The position numbers and the translations under genes are program-made. A stretch of 64,000 nucleotides of DNA from the human T2T-CHM13v2.0 reference genome, Homo sapiens, in the NCBI RefSeq assembly GCF_009914755.1, contig NC_060931.1; one strand, given 5' to 3'. Under the pieces are notes generated by a model. That model did not search any database. It was not told the origin of the DNA and saw only the letters and a program-made list of their open reading frames with translations. Each line of letters opens with the position of its first letter. Position 1 is the first letter of the stretch. Positions 1 through 13,061 of this stretch are shown one piece after another.

Positions 1-1060
1 ATATATGTTCAAAATACCTTCTGAAAGTCCCTGTGTATTCATTTATTATGTTCATTCATTTCTTTATATTCTTAAGCATATTTATAGTAGCAACTTTAAA
101 GTTTCTGTTTGATGATTTTAACATCTGGATCATCTCAAGGTTTCTATTATTTTTTATATAAACTGTTTTTTATTTCTTTGCTTCTTTGCATTATTTTAGA
201 TTGTATGTATTTTAGATTTTAAACGTTACACTTTTAGAGTTTAGATTGCATGATTTTTATCTACGTATTTTATGTATGTATTTTGGACTTTAAATTTTAT
301 ATTTTATGACACTGCAGGGACTCCTGATTATGTTCTTTTTTAAAAGGATACTGAGTTTTGCTCCACTAGGCAGTTAATTTACTAGACTTTCTTTGATCTG
401 TCAGTCTTAGATTTATGTTTTATTTAAGCAGGTTTATTTCTGTTTTGTCTTTAATCTTAGAGTTGGGTCCTATTTATTGTACTTGATCTTTATCCCTGTT
501 TCTTATCATTTCTGGAGTCATAGTTATTGCTGGAGGGGTTCAGTGGGATCTCTTCACTCTGATTCAGCCCAACTCCAATGTATCCTGGTACTGGAAAACT
601 GCTAGTGTTTTTCTCTTTTCATTTATCAGCCTTGTAACAACTTATTTCTATTAGGCCTTTTGCCATATTTGTCTGCATGTATACAGCATAGAGATTAGTT
701 AAAGACTCAGGGGTAATCGCCATGAATTCTGGGACACACATCTGTGTTTCTTCCTCTTTTTCTTCCTCTTTTCTGATCCTCTGTCCTGAAAATTCCACCT
801 CCCTTAACAGCCTTGGACCCCACTATCTGCCTTAGCTCAGGTAAACTGCTTCTCTACTTTTGTTCCATATCTATTAGCCAAGATAGGCAAAGTGTCTCCA
901 GGAAGAGAGCCTGAGTGATTATGGTGTTTACCTCTCCTAGTCTTTTTCTGTTCTCTCAAGTTCTGCACTGCCTATCATGCAATGCCTGAAAACTGTTGCT
1001 TTATATATTTCATCAGGTTCATAGTTGTATACAATGTTTATTCAAGGAATAAATCGAATA
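1..1060 (-). mobile_element. Ancient L1M-type fragment (5'/ORF1 region), highly diverged
   Basis: T-rich degenerate sequence typical of antisense old L1; boundaries approximate. Confidence 0.4.
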
Positions 1061-1170
1061 TCAGTTTTCCATCATTATTTGAAACATAAGTTAATCAGCA
1101 GATCTTTTAAGAAAAACAGGATGAAGAAAAATACAAATTCATGACACAAAAACATAGTATTATAATTAAA

Positions 1171-1469
<299 letters not shown>

Positions 1470-1589
1470 GATATATTATTAAAATAAGAAATTAGTATAT
1501 TTATATAGTCTTTCATAGGCTTTCAAAAACTAATTCAACAAATATATTTAGGTCTCTAGTGTAGCCCCTGTCTTGGAGCACTCACTAGC

Positions 1590-1860
1590 TTTATTTGTAT
1601 CATTTTTATTTTATAACTTCTTTCAAGAGTGTTCTCAATGCCACTCTATCCATGGAAAGATATCTGAGTCCTTGTATGCCTCAGAATATAAAGTTCTTTT
1701 TCTTCAATATTTAATGATAGTGTTCTACTACCTTATTGTCTCCAGTGGTACCATTGAGAAATTCGATGTCAGTCTGACATATTAGCTTACAAGTGATCTA
1801 CTCTTTCTTTTCATATATTTTTATAATTTGATATTGTTTTTATTATCCTTAATTCCATTG
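1590..1860 (-). mobile_element. HAL1/L1ME ORF1-like fragment
   Basis: Motif ...ccattgagaaattcgatgtcagtctga... typical of antisense old L1 ORF1. Confidence 0.4.
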
Positions 1861-1869
1861 TCACTAAGA

Positions 1870-2395
1870 CGGAAGGCTCCTGAATTTGTGTGGGGTTTGT
1901 TCTCACACTCTGGCTTGTAAGAGTCTTGTATACATAGGGGCTGCCACTTCTTGCAGATTCAATCATCATAATGTCACCAATGCTATGTACCAACGTGATT
2001 TTTAAAAAGTAAAGAAGTGAAAAATGGATCGAATTCCTTCTTTGTGGACTAGATTGTGATGAGGCTGGAGAGTTAATATACCTCTGAAGTAAGACAGTGA
2101 AGGTGTATTGCAGGCCTTGACAACAAAAAAGCCTCCTTCTGATGCCCTTTACATGCCAAAGAACAAGTGTAGAGGGAAAAAGCCTTTTCCAGATCAGTAG
2201 TTGCATACCAATTGTCAAGGGATGTATTGAGTTACTCATGCAATAAAGCACATCTGGAATTGCAACTGCAATTTGAGTCACCACCAGCTGAATGAATTGA
2301 TGATAAATCCACTGTCATTTCTCAAGAGTCATCTATTTTCTGCACAAGCTAAGTAGATAGGCAGAATTGAATGTGGTAGGAAGCTGTTTAATACC
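1870..2395 (-). mobile_element. ERV-L (class III) pol reverse-transcriptase fragment, disabled
   Basis: Translation VTQIAVAIPDV...QGLQYTFTVLLQRYINSPA...ITLVHSIGDIMMI matches HERV-L RT (VTPIAAAVPDV...QGQQYTFTVLPQGYINSPA...ITLVHYIDDIMLI); YIDD mutated to SIGD. Confidence 0.88.
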
Positions 2396-3620
2396 AAATG
2401 TTGGTGAGGATGTAGGGAGATGAGGAGCTTTATTCATGTTTGGGAGTATGTAGTTGCACAACAATTTAGGAGACAAATTAGGCAGTATGTAATAAAACTG
2501 CCCTCTGATCCAACTTCATAATCCTATATATATGATTGTATATAGATATACTATCCCAGAGATATTTATAAATTTATAAATTCTGTCACATACATCTCAG
2601 AGATACTCTTTCCTAAATTCATAAATTCTATCATGTTTATCTCTGAGATAATATCCCATAAATTTATGAGGGGCAGAAGCAGTTCTGAAAATGCAGTTTT
2701 TCAAGACTTTAGTACACAGGTGCTATTTAAAAGTTAACACATGAGATCAGATAGAGATAGGAAAATGTCCTTGAATAGAGTATGTTATCATTTTGATTTT
2801 TTTTGTTAAATCTGTATAAGGGGGCAGAAAGAAAAGGCTAAAAGAGCATACACAAGAATGTTAAAAATGGTACTCTCAAGTTAAAAGAATTATTAGTAAT
2901 CATAAATTCAAGTTTTTTCCTCCTTTTTTCACTCTGATCATATATTTTTAGACAACAGATAGTCATCATTCAAACAATTATAATTTAAATAGTATGTACA
3001 GCTCTAATAAAATCATCCTAATATGATATGAAATCAGGAAAGCAGTATACAAACTGTATGTACAACATATGTATGAAAAAGGGGCCTAAAGAAAATGTGC
3101 CAAATGTTAACAGTTTTTATTTTTGAAAGTTATCATCAAATATTTTATTTTCTACCTTATATTTCTCTTTATAATAAATATATTTTCTTTGTAACATAAA
3201 ATAATATATTTTAAACAAGTTTATACCATTTGATGAAAGTTTAGAGAATTTATGAATGTATTGTATGAAATAAGAGATTTTATATTTATTAGAGAAAAAA
3301 ATCAGAACTATCATATCTATTAAAATAAGGAACAATTATACCCATAAAATGGAACTGCTTCAACTATTAAAATTAGTTTTGCAAATATGTAGTGATAAAA
3401 TATTTGAGATATTCTTACATTTAAAAAATCAGTTTTAAAAATGATGCTATTCCAATTTTGTAAAACATTGCATGTTTTCATACACTGATAAAATATGCTT
3501 GAAGGAATACACCAGTGTTTCCAATGATTGTCTCCATGTGGTAGGAGAATGGTTGGCTTTTGTTTTCTCTTTCATAATCTTCTGATTTTTCTAGGTACAA
3601 ATACTATATTTTTAAGATAG
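2390..3620 (+). mobile_element. Cluster of old L1ME 3' fragments
   Basis: ataccaaatgttggtgaggatgtaggg... and repeated L1ME-type 3' end motifs (aaatgttaacagt, accagtgtttccaatgattgtctc). Confidence 0.45.
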
Positions 3621-6600
3621 ATTTTATATTTTAAAAATACTTTTACTAATTCCATACATTCTTTTTTGGCTTATGATAGACAAGAGCACTAAAAGCTATT
3701 TTAAAGGTTTTTTTTCCCTCAAGAAAGGTAATCAACTATTGAGATTCAAGTAAATCTGTAACAAATTTAAATAATTAAAGAGCATGTCAATATGGTTTTG
3801 AGTTTGCTTAGTGAAGGGAAGGAGGCTTAAATTCAATTAAAAAGCTTATTAGGGATGATACTAACTCTAGCTATTTTCAGTGCATATTGACACTATATAA
3901 CACATAGTAATTATATGTTTCTTCTTGAAATATCTGATCAAACACTATCTATAGTAAGCATATATTCCAAATTGTTACAGATGCTCCTGTATCAAAAATA
4001 TTTATATGAAAATTGTGTAGAATGTTTGAAAAAAAATTGGGGGTACTTGATTTGTGTTCTTTTTTAGATAAGTCACTTAATCTGATGTATATCCATTCTT
4101 TAGATTGTAAACCTTTCCTTGGACACTTATTGGAACTTATTTAAAGTATATTTAAATATTAGAAAACCTCTCCCCTTATTATCTATTGAACAAAGCCCAA
4201 ATACCTTACCTTGTATTTCAAAACATTCTAGAGTCAGGTCTCAATATACTTTTAAAATCTCACATATTTTTCTTTTTTTCTTCTACCCAAAATGCTCTAT
4301 ATTCCTTCTATACCAGTATACTTGTCATTTTCTGAACATACTCTTTATTTCCTTATGTCAGTTTCTTTGCCCAGAATATCCTTCCTCTGCATCTCCACCT
4401 GTCAAAATTCTACCCATCTTCCAAGAAGTGTCTCATGTCATCTGCTCCACAAAGCTGTCTCTAATTTTAGATTATTCTCATTTTTCAGGTATTTTAAGGA
4501 ATTTAAAAATATTTTTCAATGAAAGGATAGACTTTTCTAATAAAACATAAATCACAGTGACCTCAATGTTTATAGTCACTTCAGTTTAGTAATTCTCTTA
4601 AAAAACAAAAGTAAATACAGTAACTGACAGTGGTATTCATTTTTCTTCCCTTTGGTAAAAATTTATCACTTTGTAGTACAGAGATTTTTATGCGCGTGTA
4701 GGAAACATTTTCAATTCACTAGGATGTGTGTCTTAAAAAAAGCAAAGAGAAAGAAATCCAGCTAAATGGCTATCCAGCTTCAGACATGGTTTTCTTCTGA
4801 AGTATAAATGGAACTATGGCTGCAGACCAGAAATCTTATCATAAATATGATGTACCATTTTTCTAAAAGTATATGCAGAGAAGATTTAGCATCATGTTTA
4901 ACTATCAAAATTACTCATACTACTCTCACTATGTTGGGAATATAGTAACCAAATACTATGGGAATTAAAGTACATGCCCATTCTTCATGTTAAAGATAGA
5001 AATATTATTTTTCCATTCTGTCCTGGAAATGAATAACTGTCATTGACAGGTCCCTCAGTTTTGGAGGCAGCCTGAAATGACTATCAGATCCCAGGTGCCC
5101 TTGGGTCAAAAGATGAATTCTGTGACTTTCCAAGATGACCTATAAAGGTTGTATGATAGTGATGTTTTAAGCACTTTCTCTAGTAAATAGAAGTCAAGGG
5201 GCTCGTGGTTTTCACAATTTTTCCAGAAATTATCTAGCCCAGTCCTACTGCTAGCCTTTTCCAGGCAGTTATAATGGAAGCATCTCCAAGGACAAGAGAA
5301 GGAATTATTCTTTCACCTTGAGTATTTTTACTGTCCAGTCACTTCATAATCTAATGATTTAGGATTAATGAACAATCACTAAATATATAACCATCAATAG
5401 AGAGTTTGTAGAGGGTTAATCACATTTTCAATTTTGTTTATATAAAATTTTAAGCCTTTTTTAATGCAAGGCAATAAACAAAGTAACATTTTGGGTTACT
5501 AACAGCATTATCTGCTGTAATATTCATAAATAATTAGATTTGTCATATTGATGTATCACGGTAGTTATAAATAATATAATGGATTTTCTAGACAGCGTGA
5601 AGACACTCATCCTATTCTAATAATCAATATTAACCATGTATTTACTGATTTAAATTTTGAATCATACAATTCTACTAATATTGATATATTCATTTACAAG
5701 TTCTTAAAAACGCACATATTGTAACAGCTAAAATATTTTTAAAATAATAAAACAAATGGCAACTAGAACAATCTATTACAAAGCATTTGACTAAAAAAAT
5801 CAGTTGATTTTTTAAAAATGTTTAGAAAATTGCTGTTTTCATAATGGTATAATATTAAATCAGAATGAACACATACTCCATAGGACTATTTCACTGTAAT
5901 ACTTTGTCTATATTAGGCATTGTTTTAAATTTAATGTTTTATTCATTTTCTAGGATACAATGAGAATCCTTACTTGAGAGTTAAAGCAAACACTAAAACA
6001 ACTCATACACGAAGGTTTGTGATTAACATTACCTTTCCATGAAAAATGAGAATTCTACAAATAGTGAGCCTTACTGATCTTATTAGGGATATAAACAGAG
6101 GACATACTATGAAATTCTAATCTATAGCTTGACCTTTTGTTCTAGTGGGGAAGGTTTATTTTCTAACTCCCATTAATTTTGTTTCTTGATTTTCTTTATA
6201 TTTTTATCAACATAAATTTTTTGAATACATACAGAAAATTAGGGAGTGAGGAAGCAAACTCTCATTTCTACAAGTTTCTCCTTCATGTCCCTTCATTGAG
6301 TTATTAATTTATTGGTAACACTGATGACAACAACAAACTCAGGAATAGGGGATGAGACAATCATTTCTCTTGAAAATTCAAATTGGTTTAGTTTGGCGTT
6401 TTGCTGTATCACCACTTACATGCAAAGATAAACCTAAAAACTTCCTAGAAATGTTGTGAAAGATTTGTTTACCAGAAAAACCCAATAACTTCATTTTAGT
6501 TTACTTTACACACAGATTTTCTGCAACTCAAGATTAAATAAATTGAGCAACCTCATATTCTTTAATTGCTTCCAATTTTTATTATTAAATAATAAGCCAG

Positions 6601-6784
6601 AAAATATTTATTCTCAACTATGTTAAACTCAGTTTAGTTGAGTGTTGAAGACATTTTGCTTAAAAGTGCCTGGGGAAGCCTTACAAATTTAAATCATGCT
6701 TGGAATTAAAATCCTGAGTTAAATTCCTTGATCTTCATTGAACAACTATTTTGAGTCAGGTCATCTAGTAAGTACACATTTTAC

Positions 6785-6932
6785 CTCAGAAAGAAATTGA
6801 GTCAAGTTTTCACATTCCCTGAAGCTTGGTTTATATTTTGTTAAATTCTTAATACTCAGATTTGTAAGGATCTAATGCTTGACATGACCACATAAAGATC
6901 ACCCTGACAACCATATTGATTTCTGGAGAGGT
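6785..6932 (-). pseudogene. Candidate fossil exon P: (D)LSRNQYGCQGDLYVVMSSIRSLQI*VLRI*...(fs)ECENLTQFLSE
   Basis: ttgattttttccag|A in phase 1 matching exon O, donor GAG|gtaaaa. ENLTQFLSE resembles NDK NELIQFITTG. Confidence 0.35.
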
Positions 6933-7789
6933 CTGGAAAAAATCAAATGCTACAAATATAGAAGCTTAAATCATTTCTCTGGGTATAAGCCTGTTTCAAT
7001 GGACTAGTCTCAATAAATCAGACCTAGTAATACAAACATTTAAAAAATCTTCAAGAAAAGATCCTCTACAACTTCAAGTAGTTGTTGATAATTAAATATG
7101 TTATTTATGACTCAGTGCTCAATACCACTGAAGATTAATACTCTGCATTTGATCATTCATTCAATACATGCTAATTAAACATATTTTTATGTTATGCAAA
7201 GTGTGGTGTTTGTGATGTCATTTGACTTTGTGATGTCAAATGACTGAGTGTTCTTTGCCCTTGAGCTGCTTGCAGGTAGAGTCAGACATAGGCAAATTGC
7301 AATTATATATAACCACTGCAATAGAGATGTAAGCAAGTATTATGGGACCATTGAATAAGGAGCAATGAGGAACACCTTTCAATAAATGTGATGAAGCAAA
7401 ATTAAAACTGTACTTGGTCACTAGAATATGTTTGTTTCCCACAGGGACAGTCTTAATAATAGTAATTAGAATAGATAAAGTGTAATCGGTACTCACTAAG
7501 TGCCAAACATTGTTCTAGAGATATTGCAAGGAATATTAATCCCATAATTCCTACCCAATTTATATCACTGGGCTAAAAGAACATAGCTTCTGTACCTTCA
7601 GGTTTTAGTGCACGTAAGTGTCCTAAACCTACCACAACAAACTCACAGGGACAGGACACTGCAGGACATATTAACTTTTTAAGGGAAACACTGTAATACC
7701 CAATATCTGTTGGACATCATATGAAATACTAGCTTGAGGTATTTCACCATTTCTACATTCGAATGCACTAAACTACATAATTGACATCA

Positions 7790-8194
7790 TCATATCCTTG
7801 AAAAGTTGAGCTTTCATCAGTTGCTGTTGCTGTGTAAAAAGCAAGTACTCTGCAAAAATCAATATGGATTGGGAAAAGATGGGGGATGGCCATGCCCAAT
7901 ATAACTGCATGGCCTGAAAAATTGTGCAGTACTCAATAGCTATACACCTCCTATTAGTAAGTAACTGTAGTTATTTAATTATAAAATAAATTTTTTTTAA
8001 ATTTCTGTTTACTCTTTTCAAAATAACAATGATTTTATTAGGGCATAAAATATAATAGGCTGTTGGTTCTAATTACTTAATGAAAGAAGATTAAATTATT
8101 TATTTAAATTGTCATTTTGTTTGGTTTTCAGCATTTGTTTTAAAAAATAACAGGAATTCTAAGGGTGCTGTGGACTAAAAGTTTGGGAACCCCT
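7790..8194 (+). mobile_element. hAT-Charlie (Charlie2-like) DNA transposon 3' end
   Basis: aaaagcaagtac...aaaatcaatatgga...cctattagtaagtaactgtagttatttaa; ends with TIR aaaagtttgggaacccctg. Confidence 0.7.
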
Positions 8195-8310
8195 GATCCA
8201 TAGGGATTCTATTTAGAATATGCCCCCAAATGCCTATTTTGAAGTTTATGTAAACAAGAGCAATTTAAATAGGTAGATTTAATTAAATATATTTTACCTC
8301 CATTCCTTAC

Positions 8311-8483
8311 CTTTTCTTAGGAATACAGTCAGTCCAGGGTTGCACTGAGTAGCCACAAGATACAAATTAGTGTAATAACTGCTTCCCTTTATTAAATAAT
8401 AGGGATAGAATCTACAGTCAATCTGACTGTGTGTATATACGGCAGGGTTGCAAAATTACTCACACCCCACTCCTATAAATGAT
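8311..8483 (-). pseudogene. Fossil exon O (173 nt, phase 2>1): SFIGVGCE*FCNPAVYTHSQIDCRFYPYYLIKGSSYYTNLYLVATQCNPGLTVFLRK
   Basis: Very strong acceptor ttttgttttcattttctttctccag|A and donor AAG|gtaagg; one TAA in 57 codons. Confidence 0.65.
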
Positions 8484-10179
8484 CTGGAGAAAGAAAATGA
8501 AAACAAAATACATGTAGTCCAACTTAGTTTACAATTAAGTCCAAATAATCATTTAAGTGGTCCCCTTAGTTTTTCACTGTATTTTATTCATATAATTGTA
8601 GAAGCTTCCACAAGCTTCTATTTCTTTGTACTCATTCATCTGGAAGCAGTATGGGGCTGCGGCAGTGGGCGAAGACAATCTCTATGGGATCCTCTGGTTT
8701 TTCTGGACAGTGAAGATATTCCTCATCTGCCTGTGCTCTGATTAAACTGCTTGTACTCGTACTGAACTTGTGGATCGGTGCACGTATCTGATCTGGCCTT
8801 CCTTGTTCTGAGTTGGCTCTCATCATTACATTGCACCCACAGTGTCTCTGCCATGTCCTCCATCCTGCCCTTGACTTAGCAAGTCCCATGGTAGGCCTGC
8901 TGGTTCACACTGCAGCTACTTTCAACTATTCCTTTAGAAAGATCAGAGGCCTTCTGTGCCCTCAACACAAGCAAAGAGGAGTGCAGGCGAACCAAACACC
9001 TGTCCTTTTTCTTCACATAAGCTGTGTATATTACTCCTTGTATCTTTTTTTCCTTTTTTGCTGTCTTTTCTTAATACCTTTGGAACAAAAGATGACAACC
9101 TCGCCTTTACCTTATCCATGTGACAACATCCATGTTACAGTCTGGCCTCTTGGGGAAGTATTAATGGAAACCAGGATGTGGGAGAGTAAGATAGGCTTAG
9201 AGATGAGACTTTAAATTTGGAGTCATCTTAAAAATATTTCACCAAAAACATGTGTAATAAGGAATCATAACTCTAAAGAAAAATGTTTCAGTTCCAAGCC
9301 TTTGAATTTTAAATCATTGCCAAACTAGCAAGTTGGGAATGGTTATGTATCAAAAAGTTTGGACTAAAGTTTATCCCTCAATATAGTAGGGCACAGATGA
9401 CTTCAAACACAATTTGAAGGACACAAGCTTAATTTTCAAAGTAACAGTAATGATGATATATTCATATGCCACAACAGACATAAAGAATAAATTTTGGGGC
9501 TGTGAATTCCTTCAGTGATTTTCAAAGTGTACCATATAGAAAACTGAACATTTAACTTAATCTGACCTATTTATTAGTTCTTTTTTTTTTTTTTCAAAAT
9601 ATCAGATTGCATAAAAATGTGATTTCAGGATGGAGATTGGAGCTCCAGGAAAGTGAACATTGCATTTCATTGTCTGCCAACAAACTTGTACAAGGAAGGC
9701 AATGGAGTATGATAGAAATAACACTGGTTGCAGAATTAGACAGCTTTTGATACAATTACCTGCATGCACTTGAATGAATTCATTTCTCTTTTGGAATGAC
9801 ATTTTCTCATTTGCATGAGATAGTTCAACCAGATGATGTTTCTTCTTTAAACCCCTATATTCTAATAATGCTTTTCAAAAGAAAACCATATTTTAACCTT
9901 TTTTTCAAGAATATAATCTTCATGAGACCATTACAAGTAGCTCATCATTATTGAATAGTGTACCATTACTATATAAATTAATAATAGAAATATATATATA
10001 TAAAACACTTCTATTAAATAAAGGGAAGACATCATCTGAATTCTATCCATCATGGTTACTGAACATGATAAAGACCATTGAGCAATACAGTTCTTAGCAT
10101 TTTATCAAACAAATTAAACTTTTGAAATTGAGAGGTCTTGGCATTATTGTTTTTAAGCCAGGCTGCAAAATAAATCTAC

Positions 10180-10302
10180 CTTTGTGTATCTTGCACTGAT
10201 TACGTCGTGGTTCTCTGCAAATGGGGCGTTGGTGCATGTAAACAAAATAGTTCCACTTAGCAGAGCACATAGCTCAGAGCCTTCTGTCCTGTTTTCAGTG
10301 AC
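10180..10302 (-). pseudogene. Fossil exon N (123 nt): SLKTGQKALSYVLC*VELFCLHAPTPHLQRTTT*SVQDTQ(R)
   Basis: cattgtacattccag|G, AAG|gtagat, CpG-retaining. VELF resembles the NDK C-terminal REMELFF. The phase-2 end joins exon O to give QRSFIGV (cf. ERTFIAI). Confidence 0.5.
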
Positions 10303-13061
10303 CTGGAATGTACAATGAGAGCAGGCAGTGTCAAATAAAGGGCTCGACTAGTATATTTGTGGGCAGATAGAACCTTCATTTTTACCATATATTTAAGATA
10401 AATTCACTTCCTTCTAGAAAACTATTATGGGGAAATAGAAGCATCAAGTTCTGTTTCATAAAGATTTCATTTGGGAGATTGTGAAAAAGAAGAGGGAAAA
10501 TGGATTGGGAACATCTCCACCCCTGCTGTGAAATAATAATAAATTAAAGCCTTAAAAGGGGAAGAAAATCCTTCCAGTAGCTTATTAGAAAGAATTATAT
10601 TCACAATCACACTACTTTGGTAAGCAATATTTTACTTATTTGATATACCTACAAATTGGTTTTCTGCAGCAAGCTCATTTAATCACTGACATTGATACGT
10701 TTAGTCTTCATAAGTAGAAAAACAAATATATAAACCCAAATGTATTAGACAGTTCTATTGCTTACTAAATAGATAATAAAGAAAAATCTTATTGTGACAT
10801 GCTTATATGTTAAAAATAGATTTATGGTCATCATTTTAAGTGAAGTAACTTCTTTTATGTACACATCAAAGGTAAAATCCAACTATATATATATCCTTTT
10901 TTTAAGGAATTCATGAAGGCAGTTTAATGTTTCTTAATGGGAGAAAATTAAGCTGAATTGGAAACGTGTTCCTAAGTGTATTTGCAGAAGATAGGCTCAC
11001 ACTTCAGTTTTGTTTTGTCTTTGTTTTGTTTTATTTTTAATCTAAAGTTCTATTGTATTTCCTCAGGCAACATTAGGAGTATTAGAATATACTTATGTTA
11101 AGTGAAATATTCTAGGTTTAGGTAATTAATAAATGAATTTCGATTGTAAATGACTAAAAAATCCAGATGTCAATGGAATTAAGGATCTAGATGCATGTAT
11201 CTGGGTTAGCATAGAAAATGAAGAAATCCCAAAGTTCTAAAGCCAATCAATTCTCCTAACTTTGATGTTTTAAATCTCATATTTTATACTTTAGTACATT
11301 TTAAGAAATTATGTAGCATTCATTTGTGCAAATGAAGAAGGCTTTACATATTTCATTTATATATACCAGCAAATTTCTGACACTTGAAATAAAATTGAAT
11401 TTTTATATGCTACCATTTAAGGCACCCCTTTAAGAAGCTAGAATTCATTTCCCCTATTAACTACTTCATTGTTCATTTATTAAAATGTTATCTTTACTTT
11501 CGTAGTAATAAGTCGGGCCTTATTTTCTTTATCAGTAAATTGTATTTGCTTTAACAAAGGCAGCATTTCTTTTAAAAACAGTTTATGTTAGTTCCTACCA
11601 AGTGATCAATTTAATTCTCGTCATGTTATTAGGGCTTTTTGTTCCATATTTCTATTTTAGTAAATGTTAGTTTACACAGATAAAGCTTTATTAAATTAAG
11701 CTATATTTGTTTTCTCAAATGGAAATCTCGCTCTTCCTCAAAAATCTAGTGAGGATCATTTCCCTTCCCACTTTTACCCATCCAGGTATTTTTTCCGTTT
11801 AACATTAAATCTCTACAGGTATTTATCTATATTTTAAGTATACTTATAATTTCATCAAGGCAAGACTATTTAGCAAGTCAGTCAATGTAAGCGCAATGCT
11901 CATTTTAATCATATTAATTTGCCTCCTCAGAGAAAGAAGGTTAAGTTTCCATCTGTCTCTGTCAATTTTATTTCTTTCCAAGGAGACAACAAAGACATTT
12001 TTACCATATAGGTATAAAATGCATAGGTATGGTAACCCAGGTTCCCTCCCATGCCTACTCAGTTCCCTATTGAATGTTGCACCAACAAGTGGAAAGCTTA
12101 AGGAGGAATGACACTAGTGGGCTCAGCATCTTCACTCTCAGTCTCTATTTAAAAAGCAACAATCCCAAGCCAGAAAGCTTCAGTGAGTCCCTTGTCCTTC
12201 TCTACTGCTCCAGGACTCAGAGCTTCACTATTAGTGATGACCTGCCCTGTTGGGATATTGCACAGCCACTTCATGCATAAAATAAATTCCTTGGTACAGG
12301 CAAAATAATGTCTCATCAAACCCCCTCACTATAATTTCTGAAGAATGAAGACAAGAAATATTTGAGAAAGAAAATGTTTTATGTGAGATACAAAACATAG
12401 GTTTATAGATTTGACTAGCCATGAAAAAATAAAGATTTTGGAAGTGTTTTATATGGGCTTTGCTATAACATGTTAAATTACTAAAACTGTCCAAGAGTGA
12501 CGTACTTTCTAACTTAAAAGATAATAGAATCCTGTGGCTACACAGACTCTCTGCCTAGTGCAGCAGGACACAATGGCATTGTCTTGCTTTGTGACAAGGA
12601 GAAAAAAACTCCCCTCTTTGACTGCTTTTCCTCAGTATTAACACTTATTTCTAACATTTTTTCACACAAACCCTGACCTCCATTTCACCCTTTTAAGTGA
12701 TTCTCTTGATTATCACAGCTATATTTTCTGTAGTTTGACAGTCTGAAACATACTTTCTCTACCATTTATGTCTGCACAGAAACAGTCTGGTTCTCAGAGA
12801 ATTCACAGAGTAGGAGTGGATGGAGAAAAATCACCATGCCTACTCTTGCCCTGGACGACACCTTTAACAGGCTTTAAATTATTTGGACAGGAAGCAAAAC
12901 CATTCCCAGTCAAGTCAATGGTCTGCCGCTTGTTTGTAAAGCATTGGCTGCTACCAGCCTCCCAAAAACAACCCTTCAAGGAAGGAATTTATATAGTAAA
13001 AATGTGAGAGTCACAGAGGCTTGAAGTTTAGCTTAGAAATACTTTTAAAATAAAGCATGTC

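Noticed and set aside
4780-4862. Possible terminal exon of the fossil gene (cttttag|A..., EKWYIIFMIRFLVCSHSSIYTSEENHV*)
   Set aside because: Acceptor is plausible but the peptide lacks convincing motif support.
8583-8889. 85-aa minus-strand ORF followed by AATAAA
   Set aside because: No recognisable homology, weak splice context and no fit to the exon phase chain; may be degenerate LTR-like DNA.
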